Assembly (NCBI RefSeq): GCF_009914755.1
Contig: NC_060926.1
Strand: one strand, 5' to 3'
DNA length: 64,000 nt
Source: the human T2T-CHM13v2.0 reference genome, Homo sapiens
Shown: piece by piece, positions 54,451-64,000 of the stretch
Layout: every line of letters starts with the position of its first letter
Position numbering within the stretch: the stretch's first letter is position 1
Position numbers and translations under genes: made by a program
Notes under the pieces: model-generated
What the model was told of the DNA's origin: nothing
Database searches by the model: none
The model's input: the letters and a program-made list of their open reading frames with translations, nothing else

Positions 54451-55641
54451 AATCTTTCTGCTGCACCTGGGGATGGCCCCGAGGCCAATAACATCCCTGA
54501 GGCAGAGCGGCCCCTTGGGCAGCCTTTCACCCTGCACACAGAAGTGGGTGTGAGCCCCAGCATGGTCATCTGCCTTCAGGCCCAAGCATCTTCTCTCCAA
54601 GTCCCTTCCATCTTGGCAGTGCTTCTTCCCAAGGCCAAGCCCACGCAAACCCAGCGATGGCTCTCCTTGCCTTGTTCCTGGCCATTCAAGAGCCTTCTGA
54701 AAGCCCAGCTCTCCTATCCTCAGCCAGTTGACGGTATCTACTGAGTTCAGAAGCATCCAGGCACTGTACTTCCCATGTGACTGTGGTCTCGTGGCTGTTC
54801 TGAGCTTAGTGCCCCTATCTACTAAGTGGACACAGTAATACCTACCTTGTAGGTCTTCAGGGAGAGCAAACGAGGCCACATCAGCAAGCAGGAGCTCTGC
54901 CCACAAACCCTCCTTCCCTCTCCTCCTTCATTCTCCCCAGTGGGAGCTGGAGTGGTCAGAGCCACTGACCCTGCACTGGGGTCAGAAGAGGGCCTGCCGC
55001 CTGTCAGGACCCTGCTGGGGGTTCTCAGGGCTCCCTGAGGATTGAGGCTCCCTCCTGTGCCCCCTCCTTTCCCTGTGCCTGGAGCAGCCTTTCTGACCGC
55101 CTTTGACCAGGTGTGCCCTCCTGTCCTCATGGCTCAGATCAAGTGCACCTCCTGCAGGGAGTGCCCTGAACCTGCTGAGTTAGGCCCCCTCCACAGGGCT
55201 CTCCCCGCCCCAAAAGAGTCATCCTCTTCATCGGAGCTGTCACTGTCTGGGTCCCCCTCCACTGTGAGCCCCTGGGGAACACAGGCTAGGCCTGGTGAAC
55301 CCCTGGGGCTCAGGTAAGGTCTTCCAGATGAGTGCATGGAGTACTGAGGCCTGGAATAAAGTGAGTCCTGGGCACGTGTTGGCTAGAAGCCTGAATGGTG
55401 CTGGTATGCATGTGGGAACGAATGACGCTTCCAGAAAACAGGGGTGGGAAATGCCCCAAAGAAGTAAACACGCACCTCATCTTCACTCTGGTTTTACCCA
55501 GGACCATTCCATTTACCACAGCAAGGGGTAACAATAGTGGATGCCTATACTCTACTGCTTCCTACATACAGGACGCTGCACAAAGCACTTCGTACAGAAC
55601 CCATGAAGTCCTCACAACGCCGTTATGACAGAGGTGGGAGA

Positions 55642-56181
55642 GCGTCAGCTTGGGCTGCCATAACCAGATACCACAGGCTGGGGGCTTTGACAGCAGAGGT
55701 TTACTTTCTCACGGCTCTGGAGGCTGGCAGTCCGGGATCCGGGCACTAGCATGGTGGGCTTCTGGTGAGGCCACCATCTCTAGGCTCACATGGCCTCTCC
55801 TTGGTGTGCTCAGAAAGGGAGGACAGAGCAAGCTCTCTGGTGTCTCTTCTTCTCATTCCAAGCCAGGTGTGGTGGCGTGCACCTGCAGTGCCAGCCACTC
55901 AGGAGGCTAAGGTGAGAGGGATCGCTTGAGCCCAGGAGTATGAGGCTGCAGTGAACTATGATTGTGCCACTGAACTCTAACCTGGGTGATGAAGTGAGAC
56001 CCTATCTCTAAAAAAAAAAAATTTAAAATTTAAAAAGTTGTAATTCCATCATCAGGGCCTTACCCTAATAACCTCATCTAAACCCAATCATCTCCCAAAG
56101 ACCCCATCTCCAAACACCATCACATTGGATGTGAAGCCTTCAACCTATGAATTAGAAGGGGACACAATTCAATCTGGAACA
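55642..56181 (-). mobile_element. MLT1A-like solo LTR containing an Alu monomer
   Basis: ttgggctgccataaccagataccacaggctggg...ctcacggctctggaggctgg...ggggacacaattca. Confidence 0.8.
55862..56036 (+). mobile_element. Alu monomer (FRAM or AluJ right arm)
   Basis: gccaggtgtggtggcgtgcacctg...atcgcttgagcccaggag...gaggctgcagtga...A-tail. Confidence 0.88.
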
Positions 56182-56189
56182 GTCATAAA

Positions 56190-56585
56190 TGGTATTGGTC
56201 AGTACGGGCTGGGTTGTGCTGTGGTGACAAAAAATCTCAGTGGTTTAAGACAACAGAGATTTGTTTCTCGCGTGTGCTGCGTGAGTGGTGCAGGCTGACA
56301 GGGGGCTTGTGCTTTTCACCAACGTTTCATGGTTGCCATGGAGGTGGTGGGTGGAAGGGGGAGTGGTGAAGATGTAACAAATCACTTATATTTCATTGGC
56401 TACAAAAAAGTCACAACACCATGGGTAAGTTCAAAGTAGATTAGGAAATGAAATTAATTTTGTGACTGTTCCAAGTATGCTTAAAAGATTATGTTTCTTT
56501 AAAAAAAAAAAAAAGGCAGAGAAGTGTGATCTTGCCATGTGCCCAGAGGAGAAGCAGAATATTTGTGAACAGCCCAAATATCTCA
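56190..56585 (-). mobile_element. Old MaLR LTR (MLT1I-L-like)
   Basis: gggctgggttgtgctgtggtgacaaa...atctcagtggtttaa...tttcattggc...atatttgtgaacagc. Confidence 0.6.
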
Positions 56586-56589
56586 TATG

Positions 56590-56730
56590 CAATTTTATCC
56601 CCATTTTACAGATAGATAAACTGAGTCACAGAGAAGTTAAGAAAGTTTTCCTAAGGCCACTCAGGTAGTAAGTGGTGGAGCCGGGATTGCCTCCAGGAAG
56701 CCTAGTGGCAGAGTTTGCACCCTGCCTGCC
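56590..56730 (-). mobile_element. MIR SINE (second half; first half ~55530-55635)
   Basis: tatccccattttacagat...aaactgag...cagagaagttaag...agtaagtggtggagccgggatt. Confidence 0.8.
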
Positions 56731-57779
56731 ACTCTGGGTGATGCCAGCAAGGCAGCTACCAGTGCTCTCCAAGGCCCTCCAAGGCCAGGCCATTTTCCAT
56801 GGGCTCAAAGAGAAGGCTCAGGAGAATGGCATATTCAGGCACCACCTACCCCATCAGTTTCTTCAATCTCATCCCCGACCCTGGAGCTGCGGCTGTCACC
56901 CAGAGCAACGTGGAAAGTGTATAGTCTATCAAACTGGATTAAACGGCATTGAAGACAAGGCCCTGACTCCACAGCTCCCCCTACAGCCAGTCAGTGGCAC
57001 CGCAGCACTGAAGCACCTGGAGTGTTCCCTGACAGTCTCAAATTCGAAGGCAATCCCTTCTGTTCCCACAGGTACCCCCACAGTCCTCAGCACATGCGTT
57101 TCACTTCTTAACACAGAAAACACTGTGGTTCAAATCCATGGTCCTTTAGAACCACCATGTTCTTTTCTCCATACGCACCGGGAATGAACCCACTGGCAAA
57201 TCCAAATAAACAGGAAGGGCTGGGCCCTGGCTGCTGGGGCATCTCTGCCCCCTCCACCTGCCCCTTGCAGCTTGGGGTTGCTGCCCCCAGCACACTGCTG
57301 GTCTTCTTGGTAGCTTCTTCTTAAGTATGGGTACCTCAGTGCTCAAGTCCCGCCTGGTCACCTCTCTGTTGGCATCTCCAGGACCCAAGGAGTCTCCTGA
57401 TGTAAGTGACTTGAATTTCAAGCGTGCATAGAGTTAGACTGAAGAGCACTGCATAAAGAAGAGCCCCTCGTCAAGATGTAAATTGCTTCCTAGGCTCACT
57501 GCTCAACAGGGGACTGGATGGGATGCGAGTGAGGCTTCTGGCCACTTCTCTTTAAGTCTGTGCCTGGCCAATCTGGGAGCCTAGTCTGGAATGGATGGGC
57601 AGATGGACGGATGGATGGATGGCGGTGGTGTAATCCTATGCAGGTACCTACCATGCCTTTTCAGGACTATGAGCTCATCGCATCCTGGCACATGTTAGAT
57701 CAGTAAATGCTTCTTGAGTGAATGAATGAGACCTCACCATTGAGGGAGGTTCTTGAAAGTTCCCCAACTCCGATCACAG

Positions 57780-58270
57780 CCTCCACCGAGTGCGTGACTC
57801 CTCCTGACTGAAGGGAATGTGCTGTACCCGGCGTTATTTACCGCAGCTCTGCACGTGAGGCGCAGCGGAAGCGCATGGGAGTCGCGGAGAGCGTCTTTTG
57901 GACAGCTTATCTCTTGGCAAGATTAAGCCGGCTCTCCGGCTCTCCACAGAGGGGCCCGTATTGCAGGCCTGCGGGGAGGGCTGGGCCCGCCGAGTTTGCA
58001 CCTTTTTACCCGGCATCTGTCCCTGGGATCAGGAGAGCCGGGAGGCTGGATTAGATGGGTCAGCGCCCTGATTGACAGTGACACTTCCTCCCGTGCCCCC
58101 GCCTGCCCCCCGGCCTCTCCCGCTGTTCCTCTCCTGCCTCACCCGGGCCCCATCCTGTTCCCGAGAGCGGGTGATGCCTTCTAATCTCCTTACCAGGAAA
58201 TTATTTTCCTGGGTGTGAAATCCCTGTCCGAGGGGGAGGGCGGCAGATCAGTGCTGCCCTGGCCTCCAGG
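57780..58270. promoter_or_regulatory. CpG-rich regulatory element (enhancer or weak promoter)
   Basis: Local CpG enrichment with CACGTG 57852, CGGAAG 57866, CTTATC, a perfect TGATTGACAG (PBX-MEIS/PREP) at 58069-58078 and GC-box-like ccccgcc. Confidence 0.55.
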
Positions 58271-59029
58271 CTGACCGCAAGGCTGTCTCCTGGAGACATC
58301 TGGCATGGCAGCGGGCACAGTCACAATGTTAGAGATGGGCAAAGCCTGGGCACTTCTACCCCCAAATGTGACCCTGACCTCTGGGGTGGGGTGTCCCCAA
58401 ACTGCTCCCTCCTGTCTCCATTCAAGGGAGTTTTAGAAAAGGATCCACGTCTGCCCGTTGGTGACTGTTCCCTCCAAGAACAAGCAGCATGGGGCTGGGG
58501 CTGGGGCTGGGCAGAGCCTGGCCTTGGTGGGGGTGAGGACTGGGACCCATTCTTGGCCCTGCACCAACTACTGTGTGATTCTGGCTATATCCCAACCTCT
58601 GGGACCTCAGTTTCCCTCTGACTTAACCATAAACAGACTCTGAGGGCAGGGGTGGGCTCTTCTACACCTCACGTCCCGCAGTATCCAAGCATGTAACATT
58701 GCAGAGAAAATGGCTGGGGGAGCAGAGGAGCAGCCACCCCTTACTACATTCCCCAAAGGGGCTCAGGTCACCCCAATGGGATGTTTTGAATGAACATGTC
58801 ACTCTGATCATTACTGAGATCATGAAGAAAAGCCTTAAAGGAAGCAGCCTGAACACCAGGGCCAGTCCCTGTGATTCACAGCATAAGAGATCTGTGCCTA
58901 GACCAAGAGATGAGCTGATAAGGAGGAGGAGGGATCAGCTTTTGAATGTGCTTGCTTGCGCCCCACCAGGCAAGACCCTCCACTGAATGACGGGGGCTGA
59001 GGAGGCAGCACAGGGCACCAGTGAGGCCA

Positions 59030-59240
59030 TTTATTGGCTGTGTGACCTTGCACTATTTACTTAACTTCTCTGTGCCTCAGTTTCCTTCCTTATAAAATGG
59101 AGGTAATAACAATATCTACTCATTGAGAATTTCAGTCCATTAATATATGTAAAATTTTTAGAATGGTCCCTGGGGCAAAATAAGCAATTTGTTATGATAA
59201 TACCACTATTATTATGCTTACTGTAGAGAAGCGCTTAACA
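59030..59240 (+). mobile_element. MIR SINE
   Basis: gctgtgtgacctt...ttacttaacttctctgtgcctcagtttcc...aaaatggaggtaataa. Confidence 0.85.
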
Positions 59241-59257
59241 CACTTTTACTGTAAACC

Positions 59258-59701
59258 TGTTGGGAGTTTAATTGTGTCCCCGCAAAAGAGAGGTGAAAGT
59301 CCTAGACCCTGGTACATGTGATCGTGACCTTACTTGGAGATGGGATCTTTGCAGATGCAATCCAGTAACTATGAGTAGATCTTCCTGGAGTAGGGTAGGC
59401 TCTGTGCTATGTGACTGTGTCCTTGGAAGAGAAGAGACAAGAGACACACGCACAGGGAGAAGTCCATGAGACGACAGGGGCGGAGGTGGGAGTGATGTCA
59501 CTATAGACCATGGAGCACCAAGGACTGGCGGCCACACCAGGAGTTAGGGAGATTCAGGGTGACTTCCACCCAGTCTCAGAGGAGGCAGGCCCTGCGGCCA
59601 GCTTCATCTTGGACTTGTGGCCTCCAGAACTGTGAGACAGACATTTGTTTGAAGCCACTCTGTTTGTGGCACTTTGTTACAGGAGCCTAGGAAACTAATA
59701 T
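59258..59701 (+). mobile_element. MLT1B/C MaLR solo LTR
   Basis: tgttgggagtttaattgtgtcccc...gtgaccttacttgga...ctttgcagatg...gcctccagaactgtgagac...tttgttaca...ctaggaaactaata. Confidence 0.85.
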
Positions 59702-60299
59702 GATAACCAAACAAATGACTACAGGCTGGGAAGGAAGTCCCCAGCAAATGGTAGCTGCTCATTTAGGGCTGGCGGATCCATGCTGTGGGAGGTGGAGGAT
59801 GTGAAGAAGCCAGACTCGAAGAGGGCTGAGCATCTGCTCCCTGCTCCCGGGTCTGGCTGTGGGCTCCAATGTGGCTCACAGGGACCCACGGGGCTGGCCA
59901 GCCTGTGGAAAGCACTGCTTCTGCTTTCTGATGTGCATGTCTGACCTCGAGGCCATGGGTCAGCCATCAAAGGTGAAGAGGGTGCGGGCACGGAGTCTTG
60001 CTGACAGAGTCAAGGGTCTCCAGATCAGCAACACCTCCAAGAGGATGCAGCTGCCTTTGAACCAAGCATTCTGGACAGACAGAAAACAGGCCCTGGGGCA
60101 GGGTCTCCTCCCTCCTTGAGCCTCCGTCCCCCTCGCTAAGGCCCCCCTTACAGAAGACTGTGCCCACTCTCACACCTACTTGGTCCAAACACCTTGAATC
60201 TTAGCAAGAGCCCTGGAGAAGTATTTCGGAAGCCCTGTGAGGGGGTGCTGAGACCCCGGGTTAGAAGGAGCATCCCCGTGTGCTCCCCGGGTTTGGAGT

Positions 60300-60500
60300 G
60301 GGGCATTTACACAGTGTAACTTCCTTAACCTTCACAGCCGACTTGATAGGAGGGCACCACTATGCCTATGTTACAAATGTGGAAACTGAGGTTCACTGGA
60401 TTAAGTAACTTGTCCAAAGGCACAAACTAAGCCAAGGTCAGAGTTAGGCTTTGACCCTGGTTCCCTCTGACCTCACAGCCTGAGCCCTCTACCTGCTGTT
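60300..60500 (-). mobile_element. MIR SINE
   Basis: ttacaaatgtggaaactgaggt...ttaagtaacttgtccaaaggcaca. Confidence 0.8.
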
Positions 60501-60818
60501 TCCCTTTTTAAGGAGAAAAATTTCCCTTCTGGCTCTTCCGATTCCATTTACTTACCTTGAAACCCCTTTCTCTTCCCAGTAGTTAGGGATGCCAGTGCCA
60601 TTAATAATTCTTTGTAGGTGCAATTCTGAGTCCCTTCCCAAACCAGTCAATATTTTCCCCCAGGGCCCTTGAAATGTCAGGCTCTACAGAAAGAGCAGAC
60701 GCAGAAATTGGGGAAGGCAGGAAAAATCCTGGGGTGTGAATCCTACACTTGGCTCAGCCATTAACTTTTTCCAGAACCCTAGGCAGGAGACAGGAACTTC
60801 CTGTGCTTTCGATGTCCT

Positions 60819-61131
60819 GTGTATGAGTTACCTGTTGGAAGTGACAAACTGCCCCAAACTTGGTGACTGAAAAACAGATTTGCTCAGGACTCTTGCCAGC
60901 CCCGTTTATTCAGTCATCTGGAGGCCTTCTAGAGGTCCGCGATGGCCTCTTGCTGGCATCCAGCCAAGGCTGCCAGAGGGCAAGCCCCGGCTCATCAGCC
61001 CTCTGCTGGCCTCACCTCGGCTAATGCCAAGCAAGTCACATGGCCAAGTCCAGGGTCAACGTGGGAGGGTCACAGGGCATGTATACCAGGAAGTGGGATT
61101 GATTGGGGGCATTTATGTAACAATCTGCCGC
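60819..61131 (-). mobile_element. Old MaLR LTR (MLT1F-H-like)
   Basis: acaaactgccccaaacttggtgact...gcaagtcacatggccaagtccag...gggcatgtataccagga...caatctgcc. Confidence 0.6.
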
Positions 61132-63519
61132 TTCCTGTATGTCTCAAATTAAACATTCTAAAATGCAGAAAAACATTCCTAGATCAAGTCGTTTTGCTGT
61201 CATTGTCTCTGCGTGAAATAACATTCATGTAGGGCTTTACGATTGACAAAGAAACCACTTTTGACATAATGATGCTGTTTAATGTATCCACCTACCCTCT
61301 GAGAGAGAGGTCATTTTGTAAATTGGAGAAGCGAGATTTGGAAAAGTTAAAGCAACTTGTACAGGCACAGGTTAACAAGTGGGGTGGGGGCAGGACCCAG
61401 GCCAGACAGCATCTGAAGCCCATTTACCCTTCCCACGTGGACGCATCTGTCCCTCTGAGTTACTGTCGTCCCTGGACCCTGCCAGAGCAGGGCTCAGCAC
61501 GGGCTGAGGCCCTCTCCCCTGGCAAAGGGGCTGCCTTAGGAAGAACCCAGAGCCATGTGTGGTTATCCAATCGTTGTGAAGTCTGGGAGAGAGGTGAGAT
61601 GGGCATCTCACGTCGGAGAACCAGCTTTGCTGCCCCACCCAGGGGCCATTCCCATGGGAAGGGCACAGCTGCAGCGACTCACACACCCACTGTCTGATGA
61701 GTCTCCACGGGAAATGGCTCAGGACCTGTGGAAGGAGAGGGTCCCGGAGGTTAGGCTGGGGCCCCCGGGGAAGGCTGAAAAAGCTGCGATTCCTCAGCTG
61801 CAGCAGCCAAGTTGAATGGCCTGGTGCCCTTGTTTCCCTGCTGAGTGTGGTTCCACAGCACCGGAGCAAGCTGCGACTGTGCCGTCACCAGCCTCAGAAA
61901 GTCCCTCTCTGGACCAAGGGCTGCTTCCTACTATAGACTTGGGCTTCCGTCTCATCCAGGGTCTCATTTGGGACGCGTTGTTCCTTCTGGCAGTGACGCC
62001 ATCACCTGCTTCTAGAAGGGAACCTGCCCATTCATGTGGGCGGGCAGCTGCTGAAGAGGGAAGATTCATTGTTTAGGACCATTTGCATAAGTAACGTGTG
62101 CTGCCTGCAGGAGGAAAAAGAGGCTACTCTGCGCTCCTGGGCTACTTCTCAGAGTAGATTCCAGCACATCTTCCTTTCCAGATTGACTTCAGGTCACACA
62201 TACATATGAACACAGATGACACACTGGAGTGAGGCCCCAGGCACACATCTGATGTACAGGCGTCCATCTGTGGAGCGAGCCCACACAACATACAGTGACA
62301 CTTTACACGGGTGTGTATATGTGTACCTTAACATGAAATCTGTATATAAGCACCACGTATGTGCATACTCTATGTAAGTGTGGTTAGACACACGCACCTG
62401 GTATTTATGTGCCATTTCTATAACTAGGCAGGTCAGCTCTGGACACGCACACCTGTGTGCACTATGTCTGCACCCACACCCGCATAGCATGTGTTTGCAT
62501 ATGCTGTAGGAGCATCTGTCTATAAACACACATTGTAAGTCCTGTATGTATGTTGTGTATGTACTCATAAATATGCAGTCTGTTTACTCTAAATTCCTTA
62601 TAAACGCACACAGCACACGGGCATGGGCACCTGAATGCCTGCGTGTGTGTGCACGTGGACACTGATGCGCCCATTCCTGTCTTTTGGAGTCAGTTGTTGC
62701 CTGGGCTAGCCCTGCCTCGGCCCCAGGTTCCACCTTTGTGTTTGTAAACAGTTCTGGCGCCGTCCCTCCATCACAGCTTAATAGATATTGTGCCTGAGCT
62801 CTTCTAATCCTCCCATGATTCAATCCCCTAATCACAGAGCCTGATCTCTTGGAATATCTGCTTGGAAAGGAGAGGGGATGTGGCTGGTCTCATGGCTGTT
62901 GGAAAGAAGGGACTCATTCCTCCCTTGTCCCGCCCAGATGCTGTGGGGCTCTCCAGGTGTGACTGAGCTTGGGACCAGGGCACACTGAGCCTGCCGCTGG
63001 CTCTGAGAGAGGGCTCTAAGGGCCAGGCCTGGATCTCCATGACACCTGGCACCTCCTCCAGGAAGCCCCTCACCCCGCTCTCCCTGGCACTGCTCTGACT
63101 GGACCTAGCACTCCACTGCACTGAAGTCTCTTGGGTCTCCTTGTCTGTCACCTAGCAGCTGTCTCTGATGTGCAGGCTGGGGGTGGTGGGTGGGGGTACA
63201 ATGCCTCTTCTCTACTCCTCAGGTCCTGTGAGGAGGGATTCCTGCCAAGCACCCCCAGCCTCCTGCCCCAGCTCCCACCTCTTACCCCAGAGCGGGAGGA
63301 GCGCCCGGGGAACACACACTCAGCAAGCGGCTGCGCTCCTCAGAGCTGCTGGTGCCTGGGGATGAGTCCTGGGTGGGCCGTGTCCCGTTGCTGCCCCTCA
63401 CCAAACCACAACCTCCACTCCAGCCTCTTCCTGTCAAAACTGGTGTTGTTATCTCCATCTGCCAGGATTTTAACCTCCCAATTAGTTCCAAAGTTGAGTT
63501 GAAACAATGTTTTTTGTTT

Positions 63520-64000
63520 TTGTTAATTCAGTCTACTCTAACCCCAAATTATTGAAGCCCGTTGTGTTCCAGTCACCACACATGACACAGGAGACCCCTG
63601 ACAGTGAAGCAGACATAGTCCCTGTCCTCATGGAATGCAGGGTCATGTGGGGAGGAGAACAGCAGGCAAAGCAAGCCACACCCGATGTGTAATTACACTG
63701 TGGCAAGGGCTTGGAAGGAAAGGGAGAGGCTACTGAGACAGAAGAACGGTCTGGGCAAGGAAGGGTCCAGATAGAGCAGTCAATGAAGACCTCTCCTGGG
63801 AGAAACAGGACAGATGAGAGTCAGTCTTGCAAAAAACTAGAACAGGGAGTGCTGGGGTGGCGGAAAAGGCAAGTGCAAAGGCCGTGGGGTGGAGTGTGGC
63901 CGGCACGTGGTGAGGGAAGGAAGAGGGGCAAAAGCCGAGGCTGGAAAGGGAGGCAGGCTCATCCATCCATGGAAGCAAAGTGGGTTCTGTCTGAAGGGGG
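63520..64000 (-). mobile_element. L2 LINE
   Basis: aaattattgaag...cagacatagtccctgtcctcatgga...gacctctcctgggaga...gcaagtgcaaaggcc. Confidence 0.75.

Noticed and set aside
55111-55313. Candidate exon with CxxC-like translation (KCTSCREC) and CAG|GTAAGG donor
   Set aside because: The Cys-rich part resembles L2 sequence (ctcag...cacctcc...ccctga), and there is no coding support.

Overview
This is primate (human-like), GC-moderate, non-coding genomic DNA, either intergenic or inside a large intron. I find no credible protein-coding gene, tRNA, rRNA or CRISPR array. The only ORF with recognisable homology (27620..28276) is the C-terminus of LINE-1 ORF2 inside a 5'-truncated L1PA. The other ORFs are chance or repeat-derived (Alu, MIR, minisatellite, TG tract). 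Much of the window is interspersed repeat: about 14 Alus, many MIR and L2 fragments, old L1M pieces, MaLR/ERVL solo LTRs and a MADE2. Between the repeats lie several repeat-free blocks dense in developmental transcription-factor motifs, which suggests an enhancer-rich region near a developmental gene. I cannot name the locus from sequence alone. The most informative structures are: an old Alu-Alu-mediated ~488-bp tandem duplication with traceable target-site duplications; a 17-bp polypyrimidine minisatellite with a 341-bp higher-order repeat; several well-formed plus-strand splice-site pairs, one next to a long UG tract; and a 54-bp MIR segment copied 5 kb away. Repeat subfamily calls and boundaries were made by eye from remembered consensus sequences and need RepeatMasker/Dfam confirmation. 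I do not see evidence for a novel biological system.
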